Source: Octopus vulgaris (lineage: Eukaryota). From it: 64,000 nt of DNA. The DNA is taken from positions 19,406,001-19,470,000 of the forward strand of contig OX597818.1 in the NCBI GenBank assembly GCA_951406725.2, given 5' to 3'. The translations under genes and the position numbers were made by a program. Under the pieces are notes generated by a model. It ran no database searches, had not been told where the DNA came from, and saw only the letters and a list, made by a program, of their open reading frames with translations. This document shows positions 25,408 to 38,215 of this stretch, in pieces (the first letter of the stretch is position 1; each line of letters begins with the position of its first letter).

Positions 25408-27859
25408 GCATACATTGCATGCTTTATATTTGATCAGCCTGAAATATAAAAGTTTAAATTGTCCCTGTGAAATTTTAACTTAAAATAGGAAAAAAACTTA
25501 TCAGATTATGTATGTAACCGCTGTTAGAGTACTTTCCAGGTCCTTGCGTTTTATATGTCGTAATGCATCTGGGAGTAATATCATTATACAATATATATAA
25601 TAATATATATGTTATAATAATTCTGAGGATCATGTGTGTTATAATACTTCTGGGAATCAATCATATTCTCAGACATCGCGTGCCAAAATGTTAATTCGCA
25701 AAGAAGTGTAATCGACCCAGTGAATGATTACTGTTGAAGTTAATAGAAATATAAAAGCGTTCTCATCTTTTAATATATTTTGTAATTTGAGCCGATAGTG
25801 TTATGTCAATAGCTCAAAGAAACTGGTAAACATTGCGCAGAGACATGGAAATGATATTCTGTGAACGAATAATCGTGACATTCGTTCCTGATCCTGAAAA
25901 AGAAAATGATGTCGCTTTATGGTGAGCTTCAGGAAAAAAGAAAACAAAAAGATGCTGTTGACAATGGAAGCAAAGTTTCGTAAAAATCCAATCTCTTTTC
26001 TGTGGTTCAAGCTCAATCATCAAACATTTGCTTTAATAATAGCCATTTTTTTTTTGGTGGGGGGGGTCTTTTTTTTTTCATGTCTAATCCATCTGCGCAA
26101 ACGATGCAGTTATTACAAAGGCTCTGCTAAACTAGTCTTCGACTAAGCAAGCAAATATTTTCACTACTACTCAGTTTTCTTTTCTGTTACAGTCTATCCC
26201 TTATAATTTTAAAAGTTCTGGCGAAGTTTCCTCATACAATTTCCCGCAGTTACCATAGATTATTTACACACATATATCCCCAACCACCACCACCACTACC
26301 ACCAAAAAACATATTAACATGGTTTCTCTTTATATATTTTTAATCTTTAATTTTAAGGCGAAGTTAATATCAGTTTGCATCCAAACTTGTTCTTTTCGTT
26401 TTACCTTATTTCATATTCAATTTAAAATGTTTACCATTTCCTCGTGCGGTCTTAGAAATAAGTATTCAATTTTGTTGTTTATATATACTTTGCCTGATGT
26501 TAATTAACACTCGTTGATTAATTTAATGGTAATTTAATTGTTGAATAAATCATAGATTTTGAACGACCCTTACCCTGTAAATCTCAATCTCTACGTCTCT
26601 CTGTTTCTCTCTCTCGCTTTCTCTCTCTCTCTCTCTCTCTCTCACCTTTTTCTATCTCATATTTGTGTGTGTGTTAGTGTGTGCAAGTGTGTGTGAGTAT
26701 CATATGTGTATGAGTATCATATTTGTGTGAATATCATATGTGTGTGCGTAAACTCTAAGGCGTGAATATCCGCGCTCTTTTACTCTATAACATCTCAGGC
26801 ACTAAATGTCAATTCACAATAAACAACAACGTTGGCGCAACAAACACTCTCTGTAAATTAAAATCAGTTTAATTGTTTAAATGTCAAACTTTTCACGCAA
26901 ATACACAGTAAATATATAGCCGACATCATACAGATCTAAGGACTACATGAATACATGATTTTTCCTTATTTTGAAACATGGTAGGAGAAACGCATTTGAG
27001 TGTTACTTTCGAACACAATAAAATGAGTTACGCATTTTCATTTAAACACACTGAAACAGTTTACTCTCTATTGTAGGAAGTGGTAAGTTCCTATGGAAAC
27101 CTAGTCAACGATCCGGTTTAAGTTCTCTGTAATAATCAATGCAGTTTTCTGACACTGCTAATGTAAGGTAAATATTCCATAAGTCCCGATTCCTGATCGG
27201 CTTCTTGTAGGCGGCTGCTAACTCCCAGTATGGCCGTTCAAGAATTTGGACCTGGAGATCTCCATTTCCAGCGACTTCGAGGGCCACCTCCCAGTGATGT
27301 CGGGCGTCAACGAAGAGCCCTCGACTACAAGACGACCAAAGTTTGTTTTTTTTCCAAGGTCTGGGGTCTCCCGCCCCTAAGCCCTAGACCATCACCTAAT
27401 CACCCTTACCCGTCTTGTTGCTTAACAACAACAACAACAACATCTGGTATATAGTTTCTTCCACTAATATGAACTAAGGCATGCAGAATGAGACATGGTG
27501 TCTAAATACACAACTACTAGATTTGAACTTAAGACCCATAAAGTGGTTGTCCTGATGCCATATATACCCATATACTACACTATTTACTTCTGTCTTTTAA
27601 GCTGCTAATGACTTTGAAAAATGAATTAACTACAGACAATCTCATTTCATTTGTTGTTGTTGAGCTCCAGGTCAGCCTTGATGAAACAGATCTATGATTA
27701 ATAGCACTCCAACTACAATCATCTCGGCGTCTTAGAAATGTGTTTAACTACATTATCTAAAATGTCCTGTGTTTATATTTTAATACGATGCAACGTTTAA
27801 GAGAAATTTGGCTGTCATTTTTGTCTGGTGAGCTAACTGCATAGAGCTTTTCCTCATTA

Positions 27860-28864
27860 GCTCGTGCTGATCGCATTCTTGTTTTTTTTTAAACGTGTGG
27901 TTTTGTGTCGAAATTAAAAAAAAAAAATCTAATATTCTGTTTTGTATAATGTTTTGCACAAAAAGCACTCCTTGAAAGTATTATCGCTTTTTGACCGAAT
28001 AGTGGTATCCTCCCATTTGAAATTATAACAGTAAAGCCAAATTTCAAGAAGCATATGTCATATTCCATTTTCGTTCTTGGATTCATTCTAAAAAACAGAA
28101 ATGTACATGGTGTCAACCGTGCAACTAATGGTAATTGATAAACTACATCTTCACATTCGATTTGGCAAAATTATTCGGCTTGATAGCTTTATTTTACTTT
28201 GAAAATAACCATGATCGAGTAATCATAACCCTAACGCGCAATAACATAAAACAGTGTATGTAAACTTACATTAGATTACGAAGATGATGAATTTCTCTGT
28301 AACGGTAAATCGTCTGAGACCAATTGAAGTTGATGAAATCACACGTGCGTACAAGACCACTTGCAAAAAGGAAAGTCTGCTTAATCAAATTGCACTGTGA
28401 ATAATAGAGTTTTAAAGCTGCATCCATAATCACAGACCACTCATTTGAGACCAAAATTGCCAGCAAAACGGCCGATACAGTGCGCTGTATACGCATGCGT
28501 GCACCCGCGAGTGTGACCTTACCGTGCATGTCTAGACAGGTATTGCCAAGCTACCAGCATACTATATTCTACGGCAATGCACGTGAGAAATGCGTATGCA
28601 TACAAATACCCACTATGAACATACGATTATTTTTTGGTGTAAAAATTTCTAAAATTGTTGGCGATTTGCCACTCACTTGCAGAAAAAATTTCCGATGCCT
28701 TCGCTGTCTCCGCAAAATCGCTTATGTAAAGTAAATATTACATAAGTCCCGATTCCTGATCGGCTTCTTGTAGGCGACTGCTAACTCCCAGCATGTGGTA
28801 TATAGTTTCTTCCACTAATATGAACTAAGGCATCCAAAATCGGACCCCAGGTTGAGAACCACTG
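27860..28864 (-). mobile_element. hAT Charlie/Buster-like transposon, 5' part with decayed transposase N-terminus
   Basis: Minus-strand terminus CAGTGGTTCTCAACCTGGGGTCCG at 28864; from 28086 MNPRTKMEYDICFLKFGFTVIISNG...KHYTKQNIRFF resembles the Buster/ZBED5-type YLxFGFT...KH..KD..FF motif; the other TIR was not found. Confidence 0.7.
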
Positions 28865-29827
28865 TTCCAGACAGTGCTATAAAGTTAATCAATGACTTTG
28901 GCAAAATCATCGTATAAGACTTTCCTAGAAGCATCAAGTTTAATGCTTACTCAGTTATTATTGATTTCGTATTTCATTATAAAAGTGGCTGAGAAGGGGC
29001 AAGTTGTTACCAAAATAAAACTGCAACTCAGCTTCATTCAAATTTCTCAGTTGGAACCGCTTTGAAACTTACAACTTTCTCCCTTTATTCCGCTAAATAA
29101 CACCGGTTCCAACCGGCATAAAAAGAACTATTCTTACAATTATTATTATTTTTGGTGGTAATAATGATAATAATAATAATAAAAAAAACAACAGCAACAA
29201 CAATAATGTTTTTGTTGTTGTCTGACTTATAATTTTCTGATATTGCATGTTAGTGGAAATTCTATCCCGGCAGGTGTTCCCATTTTCTCATTGAAAGGAC
29301 AGTTTCAATACGTTTTCGTCTGACGAACCCTTTTTGTTTTTTTCAGCTCGAGTAACTGACTCAGAGCTGGGAACGACTCACTCGGGGCAAGATTGAGTCA
29401 TCGACCAGGAGATTAAATAAGGGAATCTCAAGCAATACACATTTACTAATTAAGTATCCAAATGTAATTACTTCCTATCTCACGGCCTATTACCCACATT
29501 CACTCCCCCTCTCCCCCCTCTCTCTTTCTCTCTATCTCTCTATCTCTTTCCCCCTCTCTCTCTCTCTCTCTCCACAGACACACATACACACATGCTTCAT
29601 TTCTTTATTCTATTCCAACTGAATTATCGATTACTGCCTTGAAGTTTAGATGTCTCTCAGTCTGTGGATAATATTCATTTCTAAATTTGGGACAACTTCT
29701 CGAATGTATAAGCGAGGGAGTGTACTGGATTAAATACTGGTATGCACTTTGCTTCTTCAAAGGGACGCTACAATCACCCCCTCTCTCTCTCTCTCTCTCA
29801 TAAAATATATGTGCATGTGTGTATGTG

Positions 29828-29859
<32 letters not shown>

Positions 29860-30133
29860 TGTATGTATGTATGTATGTATGTATGTATGTATGTATGCAT
29901 GCATGTGTATATGTTCACAGTATCACAGTATTCTGAATATACATATAGACATATACACATACATACACATATATTTTTAAGAGAGAAAGAGGTGGGGTTT
30001 CTAGCGCCCTTTCGAAGTGGATAAAGTGCATACCAGTGTATGTATGTAAATATATAGAGAGAGATAGAGGGAGAAAAAGACAAAAACAGATGTGTGTGTG
30101 TGTGTGTGTGTTTGAAGAGTTCGATCTGTTCAT

Positions 30134-30900
30134 AACTTAATAAAGACCGATGTCTTGGATGTTACCCTAGACCTAAAGACGGGTAAAAACTACCTCTAAA
30201 GAAAACACAACGAGGAAATGGTTTACTTTCATAAACATTCCAACCACCCTCTAACTATCATCAGCAGGTATCAGCAACATAATTTCCAATTTGTCATCAA
30301 ATGGAGATATCTTTAACGTGGCAGTACCCCATTACAATGAAGCTCCTGAGAGGTGTGACTTTACTAACAAGTTAGTATACTTGGAGAACTCCCTACTGCA
30401 TTTTTAAAGCATAAGAGAATTAGAAAACGAATGGTTACTTTCCAAAATTCTCCATTCAACTTAGATGTTCTACCAAAATCGCCAGAAGCTTTCTGAACTT
30501 ATACGACATTTCTCTGGATCTCACAGATACCATAAACTTCTCAATTACCATAATGTCAAGGTCGCCTACTCATATCTAAAAGACATCGCTTCCACCATCG
30601 CACGATTCCATAGAAGCAAGCCCGCATTCACACTGGGAGGATCTTACCTCTCGAAGGTCTATAGAACCAACTTCCTACTAGCTGATGATATTAAGACACA
30701 TTACACGGTCATGACGGCTAATGACATCAAGGAGAGATGTAGCAGTATATCCACTTCTTCAGATGTCGAGACAAAGAAAATTCTACCTCTTTGTACAAAC
30801 TTTTCGAGAATGTGAAAAAAAAACACGTCTTGGACAGCCTTGCCTTCCATGATTCTAATGTAAATACAAACTAAGTGCCTATGAAATACTGAAGTCGTTT
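30134..30900 (+). mobile_element. Penelope-like element remnant (RT C-terminus, linker, start of GIY-YIG), multiple stops and frameshifts
   Basis: NLIKTDVLDVTLDLKTGKNYL*RKHNEEMVYFHKHSNHPLTII...ISNLSSNGDIFNVAVPHYNEA...RKRMVTFQNSPFNLDV...RHFSGSHRYHKLLNYHNVKVAYS...HYTVMTANDIKER matches PLE motifs FLDVTLDL, SNHP, NPPFS, KISYS and YIGxT. Confidence 0.85.
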
Positions 30901-30964
30901 CGTATCGACTAACGCCACTTCAATCTATATTTTCTGGCCTGGTTCCTAAATTAGAAATATCATC

Positions 30965-30975
30965 TATTATTATTA

Positions 30976-31022
<47 letters not shown>

Positions 31023-31204
31023 GTTGTTGTTGTTGTTAAGGCGGCGAGCTGGCAGGTCGACTTTGCTTTTCTTTCTCAAAATTACTGGCCTTATGCCCAA
31101 AATAGAAAGAATTCTTCTTCTTCTTCTTCTTCTTCTTCTTCTTCTTCTTCTTCTTCTTCTTCTTCTTCTTCTTCTTCTTCTTCTTCTTCTTCTTCTTCTT
31201 CTTC
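30965..31204. repeat. (ATT)n, internally deleted SINE B stub (31038-31110) and (TTC)n (31112-31204)
   Basis: aaggcggcgagctggcaggtcgactttgc...ggccttatgcccaaaatagaaag lies between the microsatellites. Confidence 0.85.
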
Positions 31205-31614
31205 GAAAGGGCTGAGAACAGATACTTTCCTCTTCGGCCAAACTCTCATCGAGAAATGAGGATGGAGAGGGAAGTGCTTCCCCTTCCCCCAGTATTTTTG
31301 TTGGAAGGTTGGTGTATTGTGACGAGGATACACATGTGAATGGGCCTGCCCTGAGCATACGCCAGTAGGCCGGAGGTGATGAAGAGGATTACCTCCCAGA
31401 GTTGATCATGGTGGTTGGGTTGTTCACAGTGTGTAGGGTTTTTTGATTGCCCCGTGATGGTGCTCTCACCTTTTGGGGAAATATTTATTTATTATTTTAT
31501 TGATATTTTTTTGTGTTTTATTGTTTACACGTGTTTTATGCAAACCCTCACAATTCTTTTCTTTGTATCGTCCGATTTGCTTTGCATGCAGCCCTTGTGA
31601 CCAATAAAGAAAGA

Positions 31615-31616
<2 letters not shown>
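31205..31616 (+). mobile_element. Probable L1/Tx1-like LINE 3' end
   Basis: Decayed MRMEREVLP...FVGRLV coding remnant, T-rich 3' UTR, AATAAA (31603-31608) and gaaagaa tail; family assignment from memory only. Confidence 0.4.
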
Positions 31617-31668
<52 letters not shown>

Positions 31669-31669
31669 A

Positions 31670-32241
31670 CTAGCAAATCTACCCATCTACGATGAAGTTA
31701 TAAAATAAAGGAGGGAAGTCATAACAGCAGTATGTATGGAGCCATGTGTCAATAGACTTGATAGATTACTGGGCGATGTCTTAGAGAAATCTAAAGCTAA
31801 AACCCTTCCTGACGACCGTCTTTGTAATCCCGAAAAATATTGTAACCGTTGGTCCAGCCGTCTGGACGTGAAGAGGGAACAGACAAAGAAACGGGCAGAC
31901 GGACTTAACGCCCATTATAGTAAGATAGCAAATCTGCCCATCTACGATGAGAAATAAAGGGATAGTATCGCAAATCTAAACCCTCTAAATTCACGAACTG
32001 TGCTGGGGGACAGGAAGTCCAGAGTTAATCCTCGTCATCGGAATTTTAACAAAAAATAAATCAAAGGTGATTTATTAATACAAAACTCAATATCCACTAA
32101 ATAATCATACTTTTTCACATTTTGTTCGCTAAAAACATTCCTGATTACCTCCTTCGTAATCTCGAAAAACATCGTGACCGTTGATCCAGCCGTTTGACCG
32201 TGAAGACAGACATCCGGACGTAATTGCTGATTATAGTAATA
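31670..32241 (-). mobile_element. Two head-to-tail non-autonomous Helitron-like elements (31670-31925 and 31926-32241)
   Basis: Both units start (plus strand) with (c)tagcaaatct.cccatctacgatg and end with ccagccgt.tg..cgtgaaga...attatagtaa.a; on the minus strand this is 5' TC ... hairpin-CTAG 3'. Confidence 0.65.
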
Positions 32242-32487
32242 TTATTAATGATTTGACTCAGGTTCGTTCTTATTTCTGTTAGAATTTATGTTAGTAGAGG
32301 GTTACAACCAATAACCTTAGATATCCACAAGCTTTCAATAATCTTCCAAGTGCTTAAAACCCTCCTGATAATCTTTCCTGTCCCTAAGAGGCAAACTTTC
32401 TGTAGAAGATCTACAGGGCATTCTATTCCAATATCCACCAAACGCTTGTCTTATTATTATTTAATATAGACCTTTGTGGTTAATGAA

Positions 32488-32887
32488 AAGGCGGCGAACT
32501 AGCAGAATCGTTAGTGCACTGGACAAAATGCTTAGCGGTATTTCGTCTGCCCCTACGTTCTGAGTTCAAATTCCGCCGAGGTGAACTTTGCCTTTCATCC
32601 TTTCGGGATCGATTAAATAAGTACCAGTTACGGACTGAGGTCGATATAATCGACTTAATCTGTTTGTCTGTCCTTGTTTGTCCGTTCTGTGTCTTTAGCC
32701 CCTTGTGGGTAGTAAAGAAATAAGTATTTCGCCCGTCGCTACGTTCTGAGTTCAAATTCCGCCAAAGTCGACTTTGCTTTTCATCCTTTCGGAGTCGATG
32801 AATTAAGCACCAGTGAAATACTTGGATCGATGCAATCAATTACTCCCCTCCCCGCAAATTTCAGGCCTTGTGCCTTTAGTAGAAAGG
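32488..32887 (+). mobile_element. SINE family B, dimeric, with (ATT)n tail
   Basis: aaggcggcgaactagcagaatcgttag...gagttcaaattccgcc (B-box-like) occurs twice; followed by (ATT)n. Confidence 0.9.
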
Positions 32888-32929
<42 letters not shown>

Positions 32930-33454
32930 GTCGCGTCTTTAGATTCATTTGTGTTACTATCCTTGCAAAGAATGTAACCTAATTTACTTCCAGACATTCT
33001 TTTAACTGTTTGTCCTCAATGTTCATTAATGCCAGAATATGAAAAATCATTGCGGGTGAAAGATGTTTAACTTTGAAAAAGGCAGAGATTGAGCAAGAGC
33101 AAATGTTGTGGTGACGTCAATTCAATCATCTGAATTTCATATCCTTTATGCAAAGAAAGAAAACAATGAGCCTCGCACCTGTAGAGAAGATTAATCGTTA
33201 TTTGGGTTTGTTTAGCATCCGGCATATGGCAATTGTATTCTCTAACCAGCGAATACTGAGGGCAGAGATAGAAACATGAGAGAGAGAGAGGGGGGGGGAG
33301 ACTGAATAACAATGTGTGTGTGTGTGTATGTGTGTGTATTTATGTGTGTGTGTGTGTGTGTGTGAGACCAACGGTTATAAATTCCACGCTCTGAAAAGGG
33401 AATGAGTAAAATAATAAAGCATTAGTAACGTGTGCGTATTATAAGGAATACACA

Positions 33455-34118
<664 letters not shown>

Positions 34119-35090
34119 TGCCGCTTGGCTGACCGGTTCGCGGAACACCTCCGTGACATCCGCCTTGCCAACGACACACCGGTCTCACGCCATTTCCGCT
34201 CCACCGGTCACTCCTTGCAACACCTGTCTGTGTTCGGTTTGTCCTTGCACAGAGGCCATCCGGATTCCCGTTTGCGCCGTGAACAGGAATTAATCTTCTC
34301 TCTTCGCTCTTATACGCCATTTGGTCTCAACTCTCCACCCTCTCCCCCTCCTCATCTAACCTCCCCACCGACCCCTACTTCTCTTCAGTCCTTCATCCTT
34401 TCACCCCTACTCCTCTTCCCTTCTTCCCTCTTTCTTCTTACCTCTTCCCCTTTCTCTCTGCTCCCTCATTCCCCTTCTCTCTCTCCCTCTCTGCTCCCTC
34501 CTCTTCTCCTCTCCTTCCTTCTCCCCCTTCCCCCTCCTCTTCTCCCCTTTCTCCCCTTTCCTTCTCCCCCTCCCCCTCATCTCATCTCCCCCCTTCCCTC
34601 TGTCTCCCCCCCATCTCATCTCCCCCTCCCCTCTCTCCCCCCTCATCTCTCCCCCTTACCTCCCCCCTCTTCCCCTCTCCCCTCATCTCCTCTCTCTACA
34701 CTACACCATACGACTTTACACATCACATCATATATACATACACACGTCCAGACCTCTCATACGCACTAATACTCTCTCATACACATACTCTTATGTTGTG
34801 GCGAGGTCATTTAACCCTATTATCTCCCCTAATTTCGCTCTTGCGTCTCACGTTTGATCTTTGACTTCTGGCCGAAATCAGATCGCCATGTTGATTCGCT
34901 AGCCTCTGCACGCATTTTTTTCTCTCCTTCTTTCTGTGTTTCTTCTCTGTGTATCTTTCTGTTGAAGAGCGTAGGCTCGAAACGTAAAAGACTTGTTTTA
35001 TTTATATTCCTGAGCGCCATACTAATACAATTGTTTGTTTGTATTCCACCTGCCTTCGTCTTTTGTTTATTTTCATAAAGCTTCCCGTTA
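34119..35090 (+). mobile_element. 5'-truncated Penelope-like element: GIY-YIG endonuclease C-half, C/T-rich tract, terminal repeat (family P2) with hammerhead
   Basis: Open frame [71 protein letters not shown] (RFxEH, VxxHF, RExxxI, GLN motifs); bounded by (TA)n on both sides. Confidence 0.88.
34954..34991 (+). ncRNA. Minimal type I hammerhead ribozyme motif, A6U core variant
   Basis: tcttt-CTGTTGA-A-GAGC-gtag-GCTC-GAAAC-GTA-aaaga: 5-bp helix I, 4-bp helix II, loopless palindromic helix III (ACGT). Confidence 0.7.
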
Positions 35091-35095
35091 TATAC

Positions 35096-35296
<201 letters not shown>

Positions 35297-35466
35297 TTTA
35301 TACATACATACATATGTTATACATATATACTGGACGTGCACGCGTGCGTGTGTATATATATATGTATGTATGTATACACTTGCGCGCACACTCACACACA
35401 CACTCATACGCACATTCAAACACAAAAACACACGCGCTCATACACACATACACATACATATGTGAA

Positions 35467-35812
35467 GGCATAGCTACGTGGTTATAAGCTTTCTTTGCAA
35501 TCACGTGGTTTCGAGTTCGGTCCCACTCTGCGGCACTTTGGGTAACTGTTGTTTTTACTATGACCCCGGACCCACGAATTTGGCAGACGGAAACTGTGTG
35601 CAAGCCCGTCGTGTGTATGCGTGTGTGCATGCATGTAGGCATGTGCATTTGTTTGTGTTCACCCCACAACTGATTGACAACTGTCACCGGTTTGTTTACG
35701 TCTCCATAACTTAGAGGTTCGGTAATAGAGAATCGATAGAATTAGTACCAAACTTAAGAAATAAATACTTATTTAGGTCGATTTGTTCGACTCAACCCTT
35801 CAAGACCGCGTA
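35467..35812 (+). mobile_element. SINE family A, diverged
   Basis: ggcatagctacgtggttataagc...gagttcggtcccactctgcggcactttggg...gacggaaactgtgtgcaagcccgtc...ggtcgatttgttcgact. Confidence 0.8.
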
Positions 35813-36366
35813 AAACACACAAAAATATGATGCATATATCGTTGTTATTGGCTCTTTCTTGTGTCTAAGTGTTTCAATTTCTCTCAATTGGAGAAAATAT
35901 GAGCAGTTTTTTTTGTTATTTCTTTGAGGTGAGGGTGGGTGTTGTTTTTGTTGTTTTTTTGCAGGTTGTTCACACAATTTGGTTTTAGGACCATTTTCTG
36001 GTCGCTTATACAGGCAGTTTCAGCTAACGAAATTGGAACGGACTGGCGCTGATTTGTTTGAAGTCTTGAGTTACGCCTTCTTAAATGGTCCGAAGGAAAA
36101 TAAACCCTCTGTACCAGTTCAAACGTTATTGCAATCGAGCGTTGTTGTTGTCTGCCTTCCGTCGGGGTCTTGGAGGGTCGCTGAGCGTATTAACTCTGGA
36201 TTCTCTTCTTCGATCTCACCGCTATAGATGGCTCTAACTGGAGCACTAGACTCCCGACTACATCGCTTTTAGAGTTATTGAACCACGGAAGCCCTCCAAC
36301 TACAAGCATGGAATGGCAATTAAACGGATACACATACATACATACATACATACATACATACATACA

Positions 36367-36400
<34 letters not shown>

Positions 36401-37271
36401 CATGTTATATACATGTCTATACATAACACCTCCTTCGGTATCCCCACCTCCATACACACTGCCTACACACGCACATACATCCACACACATATATATTCCA
36501 CTTTCACACTTTACCACATTTCCACTTCACAGTAAAACAACACCTACAATGCACACACGTTCACACGGAGCACGAATGTACACATGTATGAATTCACAAA
36601 CACATGCAATCAACCATTGACTACACACAACATAGTAATATTCACGTCAGCACAACCACAATCAGACACACATGAAGGATAACGCTGAAAAAATTCCTGA
36701 ATGCTCTAGTTTCGTCTTTCAAATCATTGCAAATCGTATTAAATTTAGTTTTTAAAAAATATTACTCATTTCTTTAAAAATTAGATGGGGAGCGAAAGAA
36801 GATATATTGGGGATGTATGAAATTGAGAGAGATATAAAATTGTAGGGAGACTAGAAATGTAGGAGGAGGGGTTATAGAAAGAGTAAGAAATTGTAATAGG
36901 GGTAGGAAGTTTAAAACGTTGTTACGTAATAGACAGGTTATGTTAATTAAAATTTTCGAAATTACGATGCCTGAGGGAAGTCAGTTTTAAAAAATATTTG
37001 TGTATAGAACATAAATAAGAGTTTTGCAATAATAAATTTAAACGGCTGTTATTAACCTAAATCCGTTACTTCTTTGTGTCAATATTCATATAATTAACTG
37101 TTCCTTAAAACATTTTTTAAAATATTTATTTTCATAGTTGTCATTTCGCGATTAATGTTGATATAATGTCTTAGGCTTTTAATATACATTTCCCCAGCTT
37201 AATGTTTATTTAATCGTGTGTGCCTTTCATAGTCATTCCATTTGGGTTCGTATTCGTATTATCTTTCTCTA

Positions 37272-37492
37272 AACACATATATATATATATATATAAAGTT
37301 AATCCAAACAAGAAAACAAAAAGACAACAACGCGAGGATGTGGAACAAATAAAGTATTATTGGGCGCTCAGGAAAGAAGGGAAGAAGGAGGGTATGACGT
37401 TTCGAGCGGAGCTCTTCCTCGGAAACATAGGAGAAAGAAAGATCTCGAGGTGGGAGGACAGAGGGGAAAAATGCAAGTGGTCTTCAAGAGGT

Positions 37493-37497
<5 letters not shown>
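37272..37497 (-). mobile_element. PLE terminal-repeat-like element, family P1, with hammerhead at 37392-37426
   Basis: Minus strand gttt-CCGAGGA-A-GAGC-tcc-GCTC-GAAAC-GTC-atac; (TA)n on both sides. Confidence 0.75.
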
Positions 37498-37528
<31 letters not shown>

Positions 37529-37665
37529 ACTGTAGTCTGAATAATATAATCATTTATCTTATATGACAGACATAACGCATTCATATCGTAGAAAAGCTAC
37601 AGGCTCAGTAGTCATCTCGGAAAAGATGCCCTTATAGAGGTAGTGTGTGTTAAAATCACAATATA

Positions 37666-38215
37666 CAGTAGGCTGCCACTTATCCGACAACCTGTAATCC
37701 AGCAAAATCAGTAATCCGGTACTAATTTCGGCAAGAAAATTTTCAAATAATTTCAAATTGCCCGGGTCACCGCACCAACCGGCCGCTACGATTTGTTGCC
37801 ACGACTTGCTGCATAAGCACACACGCATCATTTGTAAACAATGGCAGGGCTTTGTTTACAAAGTTTGTTTTATTATTTTTTTTATCATTATACCTTTTTC
37901 ATTGTTAGCCCCAGCCATGGTTCCAAAGCATAAAGAGAGTGCTTCTCATTGTGTAAAGCGTAAATAAACACCGTATAGTGTCTATCAAAGAAAAAGTTGA
38001 ACTGTTGAAAAGACTTGGCAGCGGTGTATGGGTGAAAAGGTTGTGTGAATTATATAACGTTGGATCTTCGACAGTTTACGACATAAAAAAAAGCAGAAAG
38101 ACCAGTTACTCGGTTTCTTCTTTAAAAGTCAGTCAAAGATAATCGATAATCTGGCAAAATCACAAATCCGCAACTCTCGGGGTCTCAACCATGCTGGATA
38201 ATCGGCAGTTAACTG
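37666..38215 (+). mobile_element. pogo/Tigger internally deleted transposon with CENP-B-type N-terminal HTH remnant
   Basis: TA-flanked imperfect TIRs cagtaggctgccacttatcc and (rc) cagttaactgccgattatcc; frameshifted KRK/KHRIVSIKEKVELLKRLGSGVWVKRLCELYNVGSSTVYDIKK/QKDQLLGFF at ~37918-38120. Confidence 0.85.
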
